A DNA stretch of 10,335 bases from Candidatus Nanohalarchaeota archaeon. GTDB taxonomy: Archaea > Nanohalarchaeota > Nanosalinia > Nanosalinales > JAFCCC01. How positions within the stretch are numbered: the stretch's first letter is position 1; each line of letters begins with the position of its first letter. The notes under the pieces are model-generated. The model made no database searches. It worked only from the letters and a program-made list of their open reading frames with translations, and was not told the DNA's origin. Location of the stretch: NCBI GenBank assembly GCA_017610385.1, contig JAFCCC010000015.1:1-10335 (forward strand), in the 5' to 3' direction. Below, piece by piece: positions 7,833-10,335 of this stretch. The translations under genes and the position numbers were made by a program.

Positions 7833-10335
7833 ATGTTTCGAAAAGGACAATTAAGTACATACTTAAAACCAGTAACGGTTCTTTTAATGACTGTTCTATT
7901 AGTTGTTGTGCTTTTTGTGGCTTTACAATTTGGCGCTAATATAAAAACCACAAGAGCTTCTTATGAACTACAGTCTCAGGCTTCAAAGATTAAAGATGAC
8001 ATAGTACGTTGTCTTTCTGTAAATACTAATTACACTAAATCTGAAATAGTAATTAACAGATCCAAATTGAGTGATCTTCAAGATACTTCAAATTATATGG
8101 AACCTGATTGTGCTGAAGATTTTCAGTATGGCTGGAACGCCTCAGTAAAATTAGAGTATCTTCCGGGTGTTGCAAGAATTATATCAGAAGAAGATGCAAG
8201 TATTATTTTAATATTGGATATTTCTGGTTCTATGGCGTGGACAGGAGATAGTGGACAACCCAAAATTGAAGAAGTAAAGCAAGGCGCTATTAATTTTATA
8301 GATCAAGTTTCTGGAGGGGTTAAAGTAGGAATTATTACATTTAATGGAGCCACAAATCTTGTACAATCTCTTACCACAGATAAAACACTATTAAAACAAA
8401 AAATAAGAACGATTTCTAATCCGAATGGAGGAACGTGTTTGGGTTGTGGAATCACACGAGCTTTAGATGAGCTTAAAAGAAATGGAAAAGGAAACCTTTA
8501 CGGCATTTTATTAACTGATGGTTGCCCTTGCCCAGATGTTACTTATCCTGCGGCCATTCAAAAAGCACAGCAAATGGGTGTAAAAATACATACAATCGGT
8601 TTTAGTTTAAAGGATACTATAAGTGGCAGATGTACTTGTCGGGTAACAGACGCGATAACGCATTTGGATCGTATTGCATCCGAAACTGGGGGCAAAAGGT
8701 TTTTAGCCAAAGATTTAACAACTTTAAAAGAAGTTTACCAAGAAATTTCTACACAAATAGAAAAAGGATATGCACAATATGGACTATCAGAAACTACGTG
8801 TTCTCTGGAGCCTCTTATGGGTTACCGAGGAAAAATAGATCTTGCATTTATCATAGATCGTTCAGACAGCATGAATAAACCCGTTATTTGTGATTATATT
8901 GAAAATATTGTTTCGGGACTTCGAGAAGTAGGAATTAAAGTAAATTATACAGTGTATGGTATGCCAGATCAACCAATGACTACTCCAGACGCTGCAATTA
9001 AATATTTTGCTGTTAGAAGTATGTGGGATCCTTCTTGTATGGACAAGAAAGCAAACTGGACAGATTCGTTTAGCTTTCATTTATGGAGAGATGGTAAACC
9101 AGAAGGATGGGGTCCCTCAACGTCGTGGGTACTTGATGATTATGACTGGCAAGAGGACTCTGAAAAAGTGATTGTGATTTTCGGAGACCAGGATCCTACA
9201 GGCGGCTGTGATGGAGACTATTATGAAAGTCATTCTGCTACAAGTTTTTCTACTAACAGCAATTTCAAAGTCGAAAATGTGGCGAAATTATGCACTAATT
9301 GTATGGACCGGCATGGAGACACATATCCCTTAGAATATTGGAATCCTTGGAAAGGTTATCCTGGAAAAGATAATGCCACTCAAATACCCATGGATAGCGA
9401 AGTGGAAATTATGAGCAATATTAGTTCAAAGGCAAATGAAAAAGGGGTGGAGATAACATTTCTTAGAGCTCTGGAATATCAACTAAAAAAGCAATATAAA
9501 TTCGGTTCTCCGACCGTGAATGATGCAATAGAAGCAATGGAAAATGTTTCTTCGGAGACTGGTGGTTCTGTATACTTTTATACTATGTGGGATTCATTCC
9601 TATCAGATTTAAAGGAAAAGTTCTTTTATTACCAATTAAGAGATAGTGTGGAAACCTGCCCAAATGTTCTTTACACGTTTGGGGAAAAGGAAGGATCTTT
9701 TGGAAGATCTTTAGATGAGGAAACAACACTTTCTTTTCCAGTATCTGTACTTCAAAATAAAAATCTTATTGTGCCCGGAACACTAACAGTACAAGTAAGG
9801 GATGGGGATTTAGAAAGGATTGTAAGTAAAATTAATAAAGTGTATTCTATTGGCAATTCTAAACAAGAAAGTTATTCTTCTGTTTTAGAATTAAATTTAG
9901 ATAATAGTATTGAAATCAAAGATGCTGTTTTGAAAAAACCGAAAAAAGTAGAATATACTCTTTCAGGTGGGCTCTCAGAAACTGACCCACTTATTGTAGA
10001 TGAAGATTTGCGTGTTGGTCTGTATGGAGAAGATATATTTCAAGATCAAGATGGCCTTCCAACCACTGCCGCTAATGCGAATTATACTGGAGAACCAATT
10101 AAATTTTACGCACGTCAGAATGCTGCTTTACAAATCTTAGCAATGAATTATGAAAGACCTACCTTAGAAATTAGTCCTTTATATCTTCATTGTTGTGGTG
10201 ATCAAACGCAGAAAATTGGAGATGGTGTTTTTGAAGATGCAGATATAGATTTAGATGCATACAATAATGCTTCAATTGGATATACATTTTTTTACTCATT
10301 TCCAACCATTAAAATTGGAGAAACAGAAGAATATT
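7833..10335 (+). CDS. Archaeal type IV pilin-like (class III signal peptide) protein with two tandem vWA domains, 3'-partial, more than 834 aa; absent from the ORF track
   Basis: Manual translation is stop-free from ATG 7833 to the window end. N-terminus MFRKG/QLSTYLKPVTVLLMTVLLVVVLFVALQF. vWA1: ILILDISGSM (DISGS 8217-8231), GGT, ILLTDG, IHTIGF, IASETGG. vWA2: DLAFIIDRSDSM (DRSDS 8856-8870), VIVIFGD, VSSETGG. Confidence 0.92.
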   Translation, partial: MFRKGQLSTYLKPVTVLLMTVLLVVVLFVALQFGANIKTTRASYELQSQASKIKDDIVRCLSVNTNYTKSEIVINRSKLSDLQDTSNYMEPDCAEDFQYGWNASVKLEYLPGVARIISEEDASIILILDISGSMAWTGDSGQPKIEEVKQGAINFIDQVSGGVKVGIITFNGATNLVQSLTTDKTLLKQKIRTISNPNGGTCLGCGITRALDELKRNGKGNLYGILLTDGCPCPDVTYPAAIQKAQQMGVKIHTIGFSLKDTISGRCTCRVTDAITHLDRIASETGGKRFLAKDLTTLKEVYQEISTQIEKGYAQYGLSETTCSLEPLMGYRGKIDLAFIIDRSDSMNKPVICDYIENIVSGLREVGIKVNYTVYGMPDQPMTTPDAAIKYFAVRSMWDPSCMDKKANWTDSFSFHLWRDGKPEGWGPSTSWVLDDYDWQEDSEKVIVIFGDQDPTGGCDGDYYESHSATSFSTNSNFKVENVAKLCTNCMDRHGDTYPLEYWNPWKGYPGKDNATQIPMDSEVEIMSNISSKANEKGVEITFLRALEYQLKKQYKFGSPTVNDAIEAMENVSSETGGSVYFYTMWDSFLSDLKEKFFYYQLRDSVETCPNVLYTFGEKEGSFGRSLDEETTLSFPVSVLQNKNLIVPGTLTVQVRDGDLERIVSKINKVYSIGNSKQESYSSVLELNLDNSIEIKDAVLKKPKKVEYTLSGGLSETDPLIVDEDLRVGLYGEDIFQDQDGLPTTAANANYTGEPIKFYARQNAALQILAMNYERPTLEISPLYLHCCGDQTQKIGDGVFEDADIDLDAYNNASIGYTFFYSFPTIKIGETEEY

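Noticed and set aside
451-9080. Small alternative-frame and antisense ORFs in the track (e.g. 539-883, 2906-3247, 7374-7796, 8630-8878, 8862-9080)
   Set aside because: All lie within or almost wholly within well-supported longer genes and show no recognisable motifs.
9291-9314. CTNCMDRH as a c-type heme motif
   Set aside because: It is not CxxCH; the His is four residues after the second Cys.

Overview
AT-rich, gene-dense window that reads as archaeal and probably DPANN-like (inferred from TATA/BRE-like boxes about 25-34 nt upstream of three ATGs, a class III prepilin-like leader and Cys-rich surface repeats). Contents in order: (1) the 3' part of a modular Cys-rich surface protein, open past the left edge; (2) a three-gene FbpABC/AfuABC-family ABC importer whose binding protein lacks the classical twin-Tyr iron ligands; (3) a minus-strand secreted FG-GAP/PQQ-like beta-propeller with two PKD domains and a C-terminal membrane anchor; (4) a divergent ORF of more than 834 aa that the supplied track missed (7833 to the right edge). 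I translated it by hand: a type IV pilin-like N-terminus followed by two tandem vWA domains. The first is a classical MIDAS type and the second carries integrin-beta-I-like motifs. The most interesting signal is the head-to-head propeller plus vWA-pilin pair, which resembles an integrin alpha/beta pair or a split PilY1 adhesin. That is a hypothesis only. No RNA genes, CRISPR arrays or mobile elements were seen. Domain calls come from motif recognition, not database searches.
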